Assembly (NCBI GenBank): GCA_044371425.1
Contig: JBILTR010000001.1
Location: 602,058-666,057 of the forward strand
Reading direction: 5' to 3'
DNA from: Pirellulaceae bacterium
GTDB lineage: Bacteria; Planctomycetota; Planctomycetia; Pirellulales; Pirellulaceae
DNA: 64,000 nucleotides
Each line of letters begins with the position of its first letter. Position 1 is the first letter of the stretch. The notes below the pieces were generated by a model. It did not search any database. It saw nothing but the letters and a program-made list of their open reading frames with translations, and had not been told where the DNA came from. Shown piece after piece: positions 28,642 through 38,293 of this stretch. The position numbers and the translations under genes are program-made.

Positions 28642-30744
28642 ATGGAACCGTTTCAAATAGTTTGCCCTTCCTGCCAAGGAAAACTGCGGGTAGCCAAAGA
28701 AAGTCTGCTCGGAAGAACCATCCCCTGCCCCCGGTGCAGTCAGCCGGTTGAAGTGGTTGATCCCCGGCGAGTCTTCGTTCGGCCGCCTGGGGGCGAGGCG
28801 TTGGATTCAGAGGCGATCACGAGGGGGGCGGATGAGTCGCTGGAGGGGGCTGCGCCCCATGCGAAGGCAGAATCGCTGGCTCCTCAAATGGCCGGCAAGC
28901 GTGGCTTCCGAAATGACCCAGCGTCGGCGGCACCCTCCATCCCTCCATCGCCGACGCCGACGCCGACGCCGACACCGCAGAGCAAACGCCAACCGAGTGA
29001 CGATCGGGCGATCGATCCGGCGGCTCAAGTGGCCTCCCTGGAGTTGCCGCAGAACTGGTCTGCCGATGGACTGAACAGCTCGCGACGATGGCTGCAGGCA
29101 ATCACCCTGGGATTGATCGGACTGCTGGCCGCTGGCGCGGGTTTCTTTGGGTTTGTACGACTTTTCCAGAATCAACAGAACAAGGGAGAGGTCGCGGTCG
29201 CTCCCCCATCCATCGAAGGCTCGGAAACTGCCATCGTCGATCGACAGGGGCCTCAAGACGAAGAGCAGCCCAAGCTGCAGGCACAGATCGCTGCAGCACC
29301 GACCTTAGATCCGAGCATCTTCCAGCCGAAGGTGGCTGAACCACCGAATGCCGCTCCATGGACGCCGCCCCTTGGGGATTCGGATCGGGAGCCGACTCTG
29401 CAGCACCAGGGAGTGGAGCCGGATCCAGCGGTACCGGCGCCTGAGGTTACGAGCACAAAGGAACCCCGTGACGATGCGCCCAAGGGAGGCGCCCAAGGGG
29501 GCGCGAAGAAGGAGCCAGAGGCAGGTGATGAGGAAGTGATCCTGCCGGAAGTGTTTCGGACTTTTCTTCCAGGCGGAGGTCTTGCGGCCGGTTCCCAGAT
29601 GTCCGATGCGATCCTCAGTGCCGAACCAGCTACCGTCCTCCCCGATGCTCCACAGAAGATTCGAATAGACCACTACGTGCATCCTCCAGCGGCGGAATTG
29701 GGAGATGTCGTCAAGCAGTTGGATTGGACGTTAGGGGAGGTGGAGCTCCCCAACATCCCGTTGCACGAAGCGCTGGGTATCTTTTCCCAATTGACCGGGG
29801 TGGGGTTGCAGCTAGACCTGCCGATGATGCTTCGATGCGGGGTTTCCCCTTCGACGCCTGTCTCCGGAAAGTTTCAAGACCTGAAGGTGTCTGAAGCGGT
29901 GAGCCAGTTGGTGGAGCCCTTGGGATTGCAGCTGATCGTCAGCGATGGCCAGCTCCCTTGGATCACTCCAAGTCCCCAGACGGTCGGAAAGCGACTCGAT
30001 CAACGATGGAGGATCGACGACCTTGGGGACATCGACGCCCAGCAGGGGTGGTGGAAGGCGATTGTGGAGGTGGTGCCCGAACTGGGGGATTGGTGTCGTG
30101 TGGAGGCTGGAGAGGTGATTTGGGATCCGAAGGCACCCAGCTCCGCCAAACTGTCGCTCAGCCTGACGCTGGATCGAATTCGATCAGCGATCGGAAAGCC
30201 GCCACAGTGGAAGTGGGCGGATGGCCAGTTGGAGGCGGGGTATCCTTGGGGAGGTTCGACCCAGTGGCTTCAGGAGACCGCCAGCAGCGCATCGCCACAG
30301 GATCGTCCATGGGTGCATGCGCTGATGCGAGCGGCGAAGGAGAGTGGTATCGATCTGGTGGTCGACTGGAAGGGACTGGCGTCGCATGGAGTCACCCCCA
30401 AGTCGTCCGAGACCGTCGTTTTGCGGAATCGAACTGTTCCTCAGATTTTCAAGAAGTACCGGGAAAGGCTGGCGTTAGAGTTGTTGGTGGTGGAACCTGG
30501 ATTGCTGTACCTGACCATTCCGGAGACCAGGCGAATGGATAGCCAGGTCTATCTGGTATCGCTACCTGCCGGGACCAATCCGCAAGATCTGGTCCCATCG
30601 CTTCGCTCCATCGCGCCGGCCAGTGCCTCGATGGAGAGCCTTTTGAGGGTGGTTCCCACGCCTCAGTCCCCGTGGTGTCTGGTCCGGACCTGCATGCCGT
30701 CGATTGAACAGTTGGAGTCGTTGCCGCCGGGAGCTGGTAGCTGA
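28642..30744 (+). CDS. Hypothetical membrane protein: N-terminal zinc-ribbon (CPSC..CPRC), one TM, Pro-rich linker, large uncharacterised extracytoplasmic domain.
   Basis: MEPFQIVCPSCQGKLRV...CPRCSQPVEV; TM WLQAITLGLIGLLAAGAGFFGFV. Confidence 0.5.
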   Translation: MEPFQIVCPSCQGKLRVAKESLLGRTIPCPRCSQPVEVVDPRRVFVRPPGGEALDSEAITRGADESLEGAAPHAKAESLAPQMAGKRGFRNDPASAAPSIPPSPTPTPTPTPQSKRQPSDDRAIDPAAQVASLELPQNWSADGLNSSRRWLQAITLGLIGLLAAGAGFFGFVRLFQNQQNKGEVAVAPPSIEGSETAIVDRQGPQDEEQPKLQAQIAAAPTLDPSIFQPKVAEPPNAAPWTPPLGDSDREPTLQHQGVEPDPAVPAPEVTSTKEPRDDAPKGGAQGGAKKEPEAGDEEVILPEVFRTFLPGGGLAAGSQMSDAILSAEPATVLPDAPQKIRIDHYVHPPAAELGDVVKQLDWTLGEVELPNIPLHEALGIFSQLTGVGLQLDLPMMLRCGVSPSTPVSGKFQDLKVSEAVSQLVEPLGLQLIVSDGQLPWITPSPQTVGKRLDQRWRIDDLGDIDAQQGWWKAIVEVVPELGDWCRVEAGEVIWDPKAPSSAKLSLSLTLDRIRSAIGKPPQWKWADGQLEAGYPWGGSTQWLQETASSASPQDRPWVHALMRAAKESGIDLVVDWKGLASHGVTPKSSETVVLRNRTVPQIFKKYRERLALELLVVEPGLLYLTIPETRRMDSQVYLVSLPAGTNPQDLVPSLRSIAPASASMESLLRVVPTPQSPWCLVRTCMPSIEQLESLPPGAGS

Positions 30745-30821
30745 CGAAAGTTCGCCAACGACGTCGACCGACCGGCTTGGTTCCCATCCCCTCGGGACCT
30801 AATCGCCATCATTCCTTCGGT

Positions 30822-31342
30822 GCTAGCATTCGTTAAGTGCCACCCACCTTTTGGCGTGCTAGCATTCGATTGGTGCCACCCACCTTTTGCGCCTTTTGCT
30901 GGCATTCGCATCCCAAAGGCTGCGATCCCAAGGGGGGGTGTGATGCGGTCTGGAATGCTTTGAACGGCGCTAGTCCTAAAGACGGGGCGATGTGCATGGC
31001 CGAGACGGCCATGCCACGAGTCGATGCTAGCATTCGATTGGTGCCACCCACCTTTTGGTGTTTTTGCTGGCATTTGGATCCCGCGTAGCATTCGTTAAGT
31101 GCCACCCACCTTTTGGCGTGCTAGCATTCGATTGGTGCCACCCACCTTTTGGTGTTTTTGCTGGCATTTAGATCCCGCGGGCTGCGATCCCAATGGGGTT
31201 CGTGAAGCGGATTGTGGCGTGTTGAACCGGGTTGGTCCCAAGGACAGGGGTGGGGGCACGGCCGAGACCGCCATGCCACGCGTCGATGCTAGCATTCGTT
31301 AGGTGCCACCCACCTTTTGAGATTGGTGCCACCCACCTTTTG
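30822..31342 (-). repeat. Repeat cluster R: the same composite element as cluster L in inverted orientation, with seven copies of the sub-repeat core (ttggtgccacccaccttttg on + strand) and the hairpin.
   Basis: The stretch 30876-31040 is the reverse complement of the unit at 21945-22115 with few mismatches. Hairpin at 30994-31014. A second, more diverged copy lies at 31120-31300. Confidence 0.85.
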
Positions 31343-31630
31343 AGGTTTTCTACCTGAAAGGGGGGGGTTCTTTTTGGGGGATCGTCGGCCTGATCTGGGT
31401 GATCCCATGAACGGGTGGTTCTTGGGTGGGTAGCGATGGGCTTGCTGCCGGGGTGGGGGAAAATTGCAACGAAATTTTTCGGAGTCATCAGAAATCAATC
31501 CAATATCTTTCAGATATCATTCGAATATCATTTTGTATCGCAGCGGAGTGTGGGCCGTTGGAACTTCGCCGCTCTTGGTGAGCGGTGGCGCGGCACGATT
31601 AGGGATACGACTGACAAGGAGCAGACCGAC

Positions 31631-32566
31631 ATGGAGACAACGATTGCAGAGAAACCATTTCAGCCAATTTCCGGGTGGGTCGCTCTTCCCGTTTGCTTGG
31701 GACTGCTGGCTTGCCTGCCCTTGGTGCTGATGACCGGCATGATCTTTCTCGGGATTCCTGCAGTACTCTTGGCTGTGGCCGGTTTTTTCGGTTTGTTCGG
31801 CCTGACGGCGATTGGCCCCAACCAGGCGCGCGTTTTCACGCTCTTTGGCGAGTACCGCGGAACGGCACGCCAGTCGGGTTTCTTCTGGGTCAATCCATTC
31901 TTCAGCAAGAAGCTGATTTCTCTCCGGGTGCACAACTTTGAAACGGGATCGTCCCGCACTCCCGAGATCAAGGATGCAGCGGGTAAGGTGACTCAGGAAA
32001 AGGGGCGAACTCATGGAAGGCCTTCCAAGGTCAACGACCGAAATGGCAATCCAGTAGAAATCTCTGCGGTGGTGGTTTGGAAGGTGGTCAACACCGCCGA
32101 AGCTTCCTTCCAGGTGGAGGATTATGAGGACTTCGTCGCGGTGCAAAGTGAAGCGGCGCTCCGTTCGATGGCGACGCGTTATCCCTACGACAGCGAAGAC
32201 CACGAAATGTCCTTGCGGGGCAACACCGAGGAAATCTGCCAGCAACTCCGGCAGGACATTCAGGAACGGTTGGATCAAGCTGGCGTGGAGGTACTGGAGG
32301 CCCGAATCAGCCACCTGGCGTACGCTCCTGAAATCGCTGCCGCCATGCTGCAACGGCAGCAGGCTTCTGCCGTGATCGCCGCGCGAGCCAAGATCGTTGA
32401 AGGGGCGGTTGGCATGGTCCAAATGGCACTGGAGCATCTCAAGAAAGATGGCATCGTGGAGCTAGACGAAGAACGTAAGGCTGCCATGGTCTCCAATCTT
32501 CTAGTGGTCCTCTGTAGCGACCGCAGCGCCCAGCCCGTGGTGAACACCGGTTCGCTTTATTCTTGA
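31631..32566 (+). CDS. SPFH / band-7 domain membrane protein (stomatin/HflK-C-like).
   Basis: AAGGAG RBS 8 nt upstream of ATG 31631; two N-terminal TM helices; SPFH-like core. Confidence 0.8.
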   Translation: METTIAEKPFQPISGWVALPVCLGLLACLPLVLMTGMIFLGIPAVLLAVAGFFGLFGLTAIGPNQARVFTLFGEYRGTARQSGFFWVNPFFSKKLISLRVHNFETGSSRTPEIKDAAGKVTQEKGRTHGRPSKVNDRNGNPVEISAVVVWKVVNTAEASFQVEDYEDFVAVQSEAALRSMATRYPYDSEDHEMSLRGNTEEICQQLRQDIQERLDQAGVEVLEARISHLAYAPEIAAAMLQRQQASAVIAARAKIVEGAVGMVQMALEHLKKDGIVELDEERKAAMVSNLLVVLCSDRSAQPVVNTGSLYS

Positions 32567-32614
32567 CCTTGCCTGGCCAGTAAGGCAAAGATCCATCGCA
32601 TGAGGTAGCCAGGC

Positions 32615-32884
32615 GTGGCGAAACGGGATAGTTTTCTGTTGCGGATCGATCCGCAGTTGATGGACCAACTGCGGCGTTGGGCTGAAGATGACCTCCGAAG
32701 CCTCAACGCGCAGATCGAGTTTCTTCTGCGTCGGGAATTGCGGAGAGCGGGTAGGTGGCCCAAGGAGTCGGCGTCGGAGGGCGAAGCGGAATGCCAGGGG
32801 ATGGCGGCAGAGCCATCCGAAGAGGGGGCAGGCGATCGGGATCACTCGCCCCCAATCGTCCAGCCCCCCGGCAGCGATGACTGA
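32615..32884 (+). CDS. Arc-type ribbon-helix-helix DNA-binding protein.
   Basis: FLLRIDPQLMDQLRRWAEDDLRSLNAQIEFLLRREL matches the Arc/MetJ RHH pattern. Confidence 0.5.
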   Translation: MAKRDSFLLRIDPQLMDQLRRWAEDDLRSLNAQIEFLLRRELRRAGRWPKESASEGEAECQGMAAEPSEEGAGDRDHSPPIVQPPGSDD

Positions 32885-32890
32885 GCAGGT

Positions 32891-34105
32891 GTGAGCATGT
32901 CCAGGCGACCGGCTGTGGCGCTTCTCATCGAAACCTCCAATGCCTACGCACGAGGGTTGCTCCGTGGGATCATCGAGTTCCAGAGAGAGCGAGATGCATG
33001 GAGCGTCTATCTTCCCGAGCAGGAGCGAGGGGCACTGCCGCCGCAGTGGCTGCGACGATGGCGCGGGGATGGGCTGATCGCACGCATCGAAAACGATGCG
33101 ATCGCCCGAGCCGTCCAAGGGACAGGCTTGCCCGTCGTCGACGTCAGTGCCGCGCGGAAAATCGAAGGGATTCCTTGGGTGGAAACCGATGACCGAAAGG
33201 TCGCCGAACTGGCCGCTCAGCACCTTCTCGACCGAGGATTCACCCAGCTGGCCTATTGCGGGGAACCGCAGTTCAATTGGTCGCGTTGGCGTGGAGAGGC
33301 ATTTCGGCAGTTCGTCGCTACCAAGCAGGCTAAATTCTGGGCTTATCCCGATCCCCCGTCGCAAAAGTCTCGCTCCTGGCTCCAAGAGAAAGCGCGACTG
33401 GCCAAGTGGCTGACCAGCCTGCCTCGCCCCATCGGAATCATGGCCAGCTACGACATCCAGGCTCGTCGCATCCTCGACCTGTGTCGCGAACTGCTGATCG
33501 CTGTTCCCGAGGAGATGGCGGTGGTCGGGGTCGATAACGACTCTCTTGTCTGCAATCTATCCTCTCCTTCCCTCTCCAGTGTCATTCCAGATGCTGTTCA
33601 AGCCGGCTATCGCGCCGCTCAATTGCTCGATGACATGCTGCGGGGAGCCGCGATTCCTGGTCAGCCGCTTCTACTTCCCCCCTTAGGCGTTGCCACGCGG
33701 CAGTCGACCGACGTGCTGGCAGTAGACGACCCCTGGATCGCGCAGGTCGCCAAGTGGATTCGCGAGCATGCTTGCGAGGGGATCCAGGTGGAAGATGTCG
33801 CCAGGCATTTCTCCGTCAGCCGCCGCATTCTGGAGCGACGGTTCAAGATGGCAACAGCTCGGACGCCTCATGCCGCTATCCTCAGCCAGAAACTGGAGCG
33901 AGTCGCCAGCCTCCTTCGCGACTCGAGCAGTTCGATCGAGCAAATCGCTTCCCGATGTGGCTTCGAACATCCTGAGTATCTTCAGGTGGCATTCCGCAAG
34001 CACTTCGGCACCACACCCGGTCTCTATCGCAAGACCAAAGGTCGCTCCATGTCCGGTCGCGCCGAGATCGATCCACCAGGACACCAGCCAGGGGCTTCGC
34101 GCTAG
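32891..34105 (+). CDS. XylR-type AraC-family transcriptional regulator (periplasmic-binding-protein-like sensor domain + AraC HTH).
   Basis: The N-terminal VALLIETSNAYARGLLRGI is XylR-like. C-terminal AraC HTH: IEQIASRCGFEHPEYLQVAFRKHFGTTPGLYR. Confidence 0.8.
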   Translation: MSMSRRPAVALLIETSNAYARGLLRGIIEFQRERDAWSVYLPEQERGALPPQWLRRWRGDGLIARIENDAIARAVQGTGLPVVDVSAARKIEGIPWVETDDRKVAELAAQHLLDRGFTQLAYCGEPQFNWSRWRGEAFRQFVATKQAKFWAYPDPPSQKSRSWLQEKARLAKWLTSLPRPIGIMASYDIQARRILDLCRELLIAVPEEMAVVGVDNDSLVCNLSSPSLSSVIPDAVQAGYRAAQLLDDMLRGAAIPGQPLLLPPLGVATRQSTDVLAVDDPWIAQVAKWIREHACEGIQVEDVARHFSVSRRILERRFKMATARTPHAAILSQKLERVASLLRDSSSSIEQIASRCGFEHPEYLQVAFRKHFGTTPGLYRKTKGRSMSGRAEIDPPGHQPGASR

Positions 34106-34118
34106 CCACTGGATCGGT

Positions 34119-34850
34119 TCACCAGCGGATGGTCCCAATCAGAAACAGGATCACCCCACAGCAAGCCACCTGCACCACTCCCTGCGTCATCCGCTCCAAC
34201 CAGAACAATCTTGGGCTGAGCGGTTCGTTCCAGTCGATTTCCTGATTGTCCTGCTGCGAATAAAGGATTTCCCGATAGAGTTGGATCTGGGGTTCCGCAA
34301 AACCAGCCGATGCCAGCACGCTGCGGACCTCCTCATCCCGTCGCCCCCCTGAGAGCTCGGCCACCGTGCCAGCAAACTCGACACCGTAGTCCGGATCGAG
34401 AACCAGGGAACCACCATCCAGGGGCTGGGTCTCTAGCACCACGTGGCCCCCCAAGCCAACCAGACGGCTGGCGATGCCCCGCCGGGACAGCATCGCTTGC
34501 AGCACCGCAGATCGCTCCGAACAGTCCCCTTCCCCGGAAGCCAAGATGCGTGCCGCCAATTGACTTCGGGCCGCAGGCGGATAGAGAGTTCCCAGCAGCC
34601 ACTGCACCCAGTTGATCTCCGGCCCAACCCGAAGCCCCTCACTGTGCTCAACCCAAAGATGCACCAGTTGGTTGAGTTGCCGCAGTTGGCTTTCGCTGGT
34701 TGCCTCCAAATGCTCCACCGCCCCAACCGCCGCGATACCCCGAAGACTCGCCCCGGACCACGTAAGCACCGATCCAGACGTCAGGTTGAAAAAAGTCAGT
34801 CCGGTTAGCAGTGTCAGGACGCACACTAGGCCAACTCGAGGCATCTGCAT
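34119..34850 (-). CDS. Hypothetical membrane protein with N- and C-terminal TM segments.
   Basis: ORF only, with hydrophobic termini. No recognisable motif. Confidence 0.35.
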   Translation of the reverse strand: MQMPRVGLVCVLTLLTGLTFFNLTSGSVLTWSGASLRGIAAVGAVEHLEATSESQLRQLNQLVHLWVEHSEGLRVGPEINWVQWLLGTLYPPAARSQLAARILASGEGDCSERSAVLQAMLSRRGIASRLVGLGGHVVLETQPLDGGSLVLDPDYGVEFAGTVAELSGGRRDEEVRSVLASAGFAEPQIQLYREILYSQQDNQEIDWNEPLSPRLFWLERMTQGVVQVACCGVILFLIGTIRW

Positions 34851-35166
34851 TGAACCCCCTTAAGTGGTGGTAAAATGCTATGCCAAGATTGCGATGCAGC
34901 GCCCGAATGCAGAAAGATTCGAGCAAAATCTATACATCGCGCACCCCAGGCGCTACACTGGAGCCAACCTTCTTCCGGAGCCTCCCGGGGGATTGGCTAG
35001 AATCGCTCGATCGCCACCAACGGTCGAGCGATTCGTTTTTTCGCTACCTAGTTACCAACCCATCGACGCGGGAAAGGTTTCTCGTTTTTTTCCCTGAACG
35101 CACTATTTTTTTCCTGTACCCGGCGGTCCCAATCCCAGGTGATTCCCACCGTTTTCGATTTCCTGA

Positions 35167-35787
35167 TTGCAGCATCTAGGACGATGGTTTTCCCACTACG
35201 AGAGTCTGCCTGCGTTGTGTCATTTCATCACCGCCACCATGGCGCCCCAAGGCGATGAAGCATCGGTGCGCCGACTGGCGAAGGCATCGCTGCTGCAGTG
35301 GGATCCAATCGAGCATCTGGGAGTGCAGGCATCCCTTGCTAGTGGCGAGCGTTACTACCTGACCACAAGCCGATCGTGCGACTGTGGTACCGAGATCGGG
35401 CTGGCGCTTCGAAGCGAAAGCGCACTTCCATCGCAGCAACGCGATTTTTCCCGGGACATCCGAAATCTGAAGAAGAAAGGTTGGTCGGCCGCCAAAATCG
35501 ATCGATGGATGGAACAGTCCAAAGCAGACACTGCCCGAAAGCACCAGGAAGCTGCCAACAGGCTCTCGGGCCAGCACCTGGAACTGCAGCGATGGGTTCA
35601 ATTCATCGCTTCAGTTCTCGATGGCGGCCATGCCCAGTGGATTGGCATCCTGCTCCACTGGTACTCCGGGGACATTGCCACCGAATCGATCGACGCTGGC
35701 AATCGGCGCTGGCTGAGCCGTCGCGAACTGACAGAAGACTACCTGCTCCGTGCCGAAGAGGATGTCCTCCACACCTTTCGATCCTAG
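35167..35787 (+). CDS. Hypothetical protein.
   Basis: ORF only. The coding strand was chosen over overlapping antisense ORFs by composition. Confidence 0.3.
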   Translation: MQHLGRWFSHYESLPALCHFITATMAPQGDEASVRRLAKASLLQWDPIEHLGVQASLASGERYYLTTSRSCDCGTEIGLALRSESALPSQQRDFSRDIRNLKKKGWSAAKIDRWMEQSKADTARKHQEAANRLSGQHLELQRWVQFIASVLDGGHAQWIGILLHWYSGDIATESIDAGNRRWLSRRELTEDYLLRAEEDVLHTFRS

Positions 35788-35874
35788 ACCGCCTCAACGG
35801 ACAGCACCGCAAGCGATGCGATATGGAGTCGATCGCTCGTGGTCGATGATTGGCTCTGTCATTTGCGTCCTTTC

Positions 35875-35946
35875 GAGTACGAGTACCGCTTCGCTCAGTA
35901 CGGGTACCGCTTCGCTGAGTACGGGTACCGCTTCGCTGAGTACGAG
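35875..35946. repeat. Tandem repeat: 21-bp unit gagtacgggtaccgcttcgct in ~3.4 copies.
   Basis: Copies at 35875-35895, 35896-35916, 35917-35937 and a partial 35938-35946. It lies between convergent genes. Confidence 0.85.
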
Positions 35947-36053
35947 AAATTCGTCCTGAAGCAGGAACGATTTGATGACGGGATCGACCAAGGGCGCAAG
36001 GTGGATGATCTTCTTCATCCAATGACGGGCAGCGTCATCTCCCCCCCGGCAGC

Positions 36054-37160
36054 TCAGTCGGTCCCGCAACCCTCTTCGCCAACCTGATGCAGCTCGGCGG
36101 GCGGGAAGACCCCGGGTTCGTTCCCGGAATACCATTTCTCCAAAATGCTCTCCCAGTCTGCGTAGCTTCGAACGCGAACGAAGTCGGCGCGCACCGAGTG
36201 GTACTCCGGATGGCTAGCTGCGTACTTGATTCCAAACTTCCGCATCAGCTGACCAGTTCGCTCGGGACCATACAACGATTCGGCCAGCGACCAATGTTCG
36301 CGAAGCACCTCGCGTTGGCGATGGAGCGAAGGGGGGGGCGGCATGGGATCGCCCGCCGCCAACGCGCGACACTGTTCGAAGATCCAAGGATTGCCGATCG
36401 CTCCTCTGGCCACCGTCACGCCGTCGATTCCAGTTTCCTGAATCATTCGCCAGCAGTCGTGCGCGGTGAAAAGATCACCGCTACCCAGGATGGTTCGGTC
36501 CCCGACCATTTCCTTCACTTCCTTCAGGAACGACCAGCGACTGGGGCCCCGATAGCCTTGCTCCACGGTGCGTCCATGGAGGGTCACTGCAGCCACCCCC
36601 CGCGCGAAGGCTCCTTGAAGAATCTCAAAAAACCGATCGCGACTTTGCTGGCTGTCGTCGATCCCGCGGCGCATCTTGACGGTCACTGGGGTCTCGGGCG
36701 GTACGATGGCCCTGGTGCGTTCAACGATCTCGAGCGCCACTTGAGGTTGGCTGAGGTGGTATCCACCACGGCAACGCCCCAGCACTTTCCGCACGGGGCA
36801 TCCGAAGTTGATATCGATCACCGCGAATCCGGCTTCCACCAGTTTGGCCGCCCCCGCTGCAAACTGCTGCGGTTCGGCTCCCATCAACTGCCCCGCCACC
36901 GGCTGCTCTTCCGGGGTGTTGTAGAGAAAGTGCCTGGTTTTGTCTCGCGTCTTGAGGGCAACCAGGAACTGATCGAGCATCACTTCGCAGAGCGAATACG
37001 AGGCGCCATGTCGCCTGGCCAGAAGTCGCATCGGCCAGTCACTGTAACCGGAAAGCGCTGCCTGGACGATCGGAAATCCGATCTCCAGGTTCCCGATGCG
37101 AAGTGGCCGGTAGCGGATACCTTTCCCGACGGATGACTCTTCGGGCGCGGTGGGATTCAT
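36054..37160 (-). CDS. tRNA-dihydrouridine synthase (Dus family).
   Basis: IDINFGCPVRKV and LHGRT motifs; TIM-barrel FMN enzyme; C-terminal helical domain. Confidence 0.8.
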   Translation of the reverse strand: MNPTAPEESSVGKGIRYRPLRIGNLEIGFPIVQAALSGYSDWPMRLLARRHGASYSLCEVMLDQFLVALKTRDKTRHFLYNTPEEQPVAGQLMGAEPQQFAAGAAKLVEAGFAVIDINFGCPVRKVLGRCRGGYHLSQPQVALEIVERTRAIVPPETPVTVKMRRGIDDSQQSRDRFFEILQGAFARGVAAVTLHGRTVEQGYRGPSRWSFLKEVKEMVGDRTILGSGDLFTAHDCWRMIQETGIDGVTVARGAIGNPWIFEQCRALAAGDPMPPPPSLHRQREVLREHWSLAESLYGPERTGQLMRKFGIKYAASHPEYHSVRADFVRVRSYADWESILEKWYSGNEPGVFPPAELHQVGEEGCGTD

Positions 37161-37202
37161 GGCGCCTGGCTCCTGCCAGCCGAGGGGGTGCGAGCGATCG
37201 GA

Positions 37203-37973
37203 TCAAAGCGACTGAAGATACTGAATCGCCTGCCGCAATTCCAACAGGGGGCTTTCCATCTTCTCCTGTTCGATCACATACATGCCGCTGTAGTGACCTT
37301 CCTCCAGGTCCCCTAGCAACTGGGGAAAATCGACCTCGCCGGACCCCATCGCTACCGAAGAACCACGATTCATCGATCGATCGTACACCGCGTCTTTCGC
37401 ATGGACTAGGCGAATCCATGGCGACGCCTGGAGGACCCCCTGAATTCCGAATCCATTGGCGATCAGATTGCCTGGATTGAGCGTAATCCCGATCGGCGTG
37501 TCTCGCAGACCTTGCAGAAACTGATGAAGCACCGGCAATGGCTCGGCGCCCGTCTCACAACTGAGGAATGCCCCGGCCTTCAGCCCATAGCTTCCCAGAT
37601 CCTCCAGAAGCTCTGCCAGAAGCTGTCGGTTCGGATCATTCTCCTCCTCGGGGATCCGCCCCACCTGATTGACCACCAGTTCGCATCCCATCGCATGCGC
37701 GAATCGCATCGCCGATTTCAGCCCAGCCACCCGCCGCTCCAAATCCTCCGGGTGATAGAGAGCCCGCCTGGTTCCGTAGCGAACCGAACACAGCTTTAGC
37801 TGCGCGTCCTCCAGCCATTTGCGGATCTGTCGCATGCCGGTTCCGGACAATTCCGCCAGATTCACATCGCGCCTTGCATCGAGTTCCACCGAGTCAATTC
37901 CCAACTTGGCTGCAAAAGGAATTGCGAACTGCAGGCTGGTTTGCAGAGACTTTAACTGGACTCCAAATCGCAT
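37203..37973 (-). CDS. Sugar phosphate isomerase/epimerase (xylose-isomerase-like TIM barrel) family protein.
   Basis: MRFGVQLKSL...IDSVELD N-terminus and overall AP-endonuclease-2/XylA-like TIM-barrel pattern. Confidence 0.7.
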   Translation of the reverse strand: MRFGVQLKSLQTSLQFAIPFAAKLGIDSVELDARRDVNLAELSGTGMRQIRKWLEDAQLKLCSVRYGTRRALYHPEDLERRVAGLKSAMRFAHAMGCELVVNQVGRIPEEENDPNRQLLAELLEDLGSYGLKAGAFLSCETGAEPLPVLHQFLQGLRDTPIGITLNPGNLIANGFGIQGVLQASPWIRLVHAKDAVYDRSMNRGSSVAMGSGEVDFPQLLGDLEEGHYSGMYVIEQEKMESPLLELRQAIQYLQSL

Positions 37974-38293
37974 TCAATCTTCCGTCTGCTACATGTCCCT
38001 TAGCTGAATCGACGCCCAATCTAGTCTAATCCCATTGCGAATGTTCGCTAGGGCAATCAGGTGACGGCATGCATCATCGACACGTAGGGTTTCCTCGCTA
38101 TTGAACCTTAGTGCAAACAGCCCGACGATCGCTTTTGAATCGAGCCGCCGGATTGGTCTATACTGGAAAGCATCCTGTCGTTCGGTGAACTTGGTTTCGC
38201 GTTTTGTCTTCGCGAGAAAAGGAACGCCCAACGGACAGCCCCACCCAAGTCGGATTCCGCCCCCCACCCAGATCGAATCTTTGGGAGTCTTCG

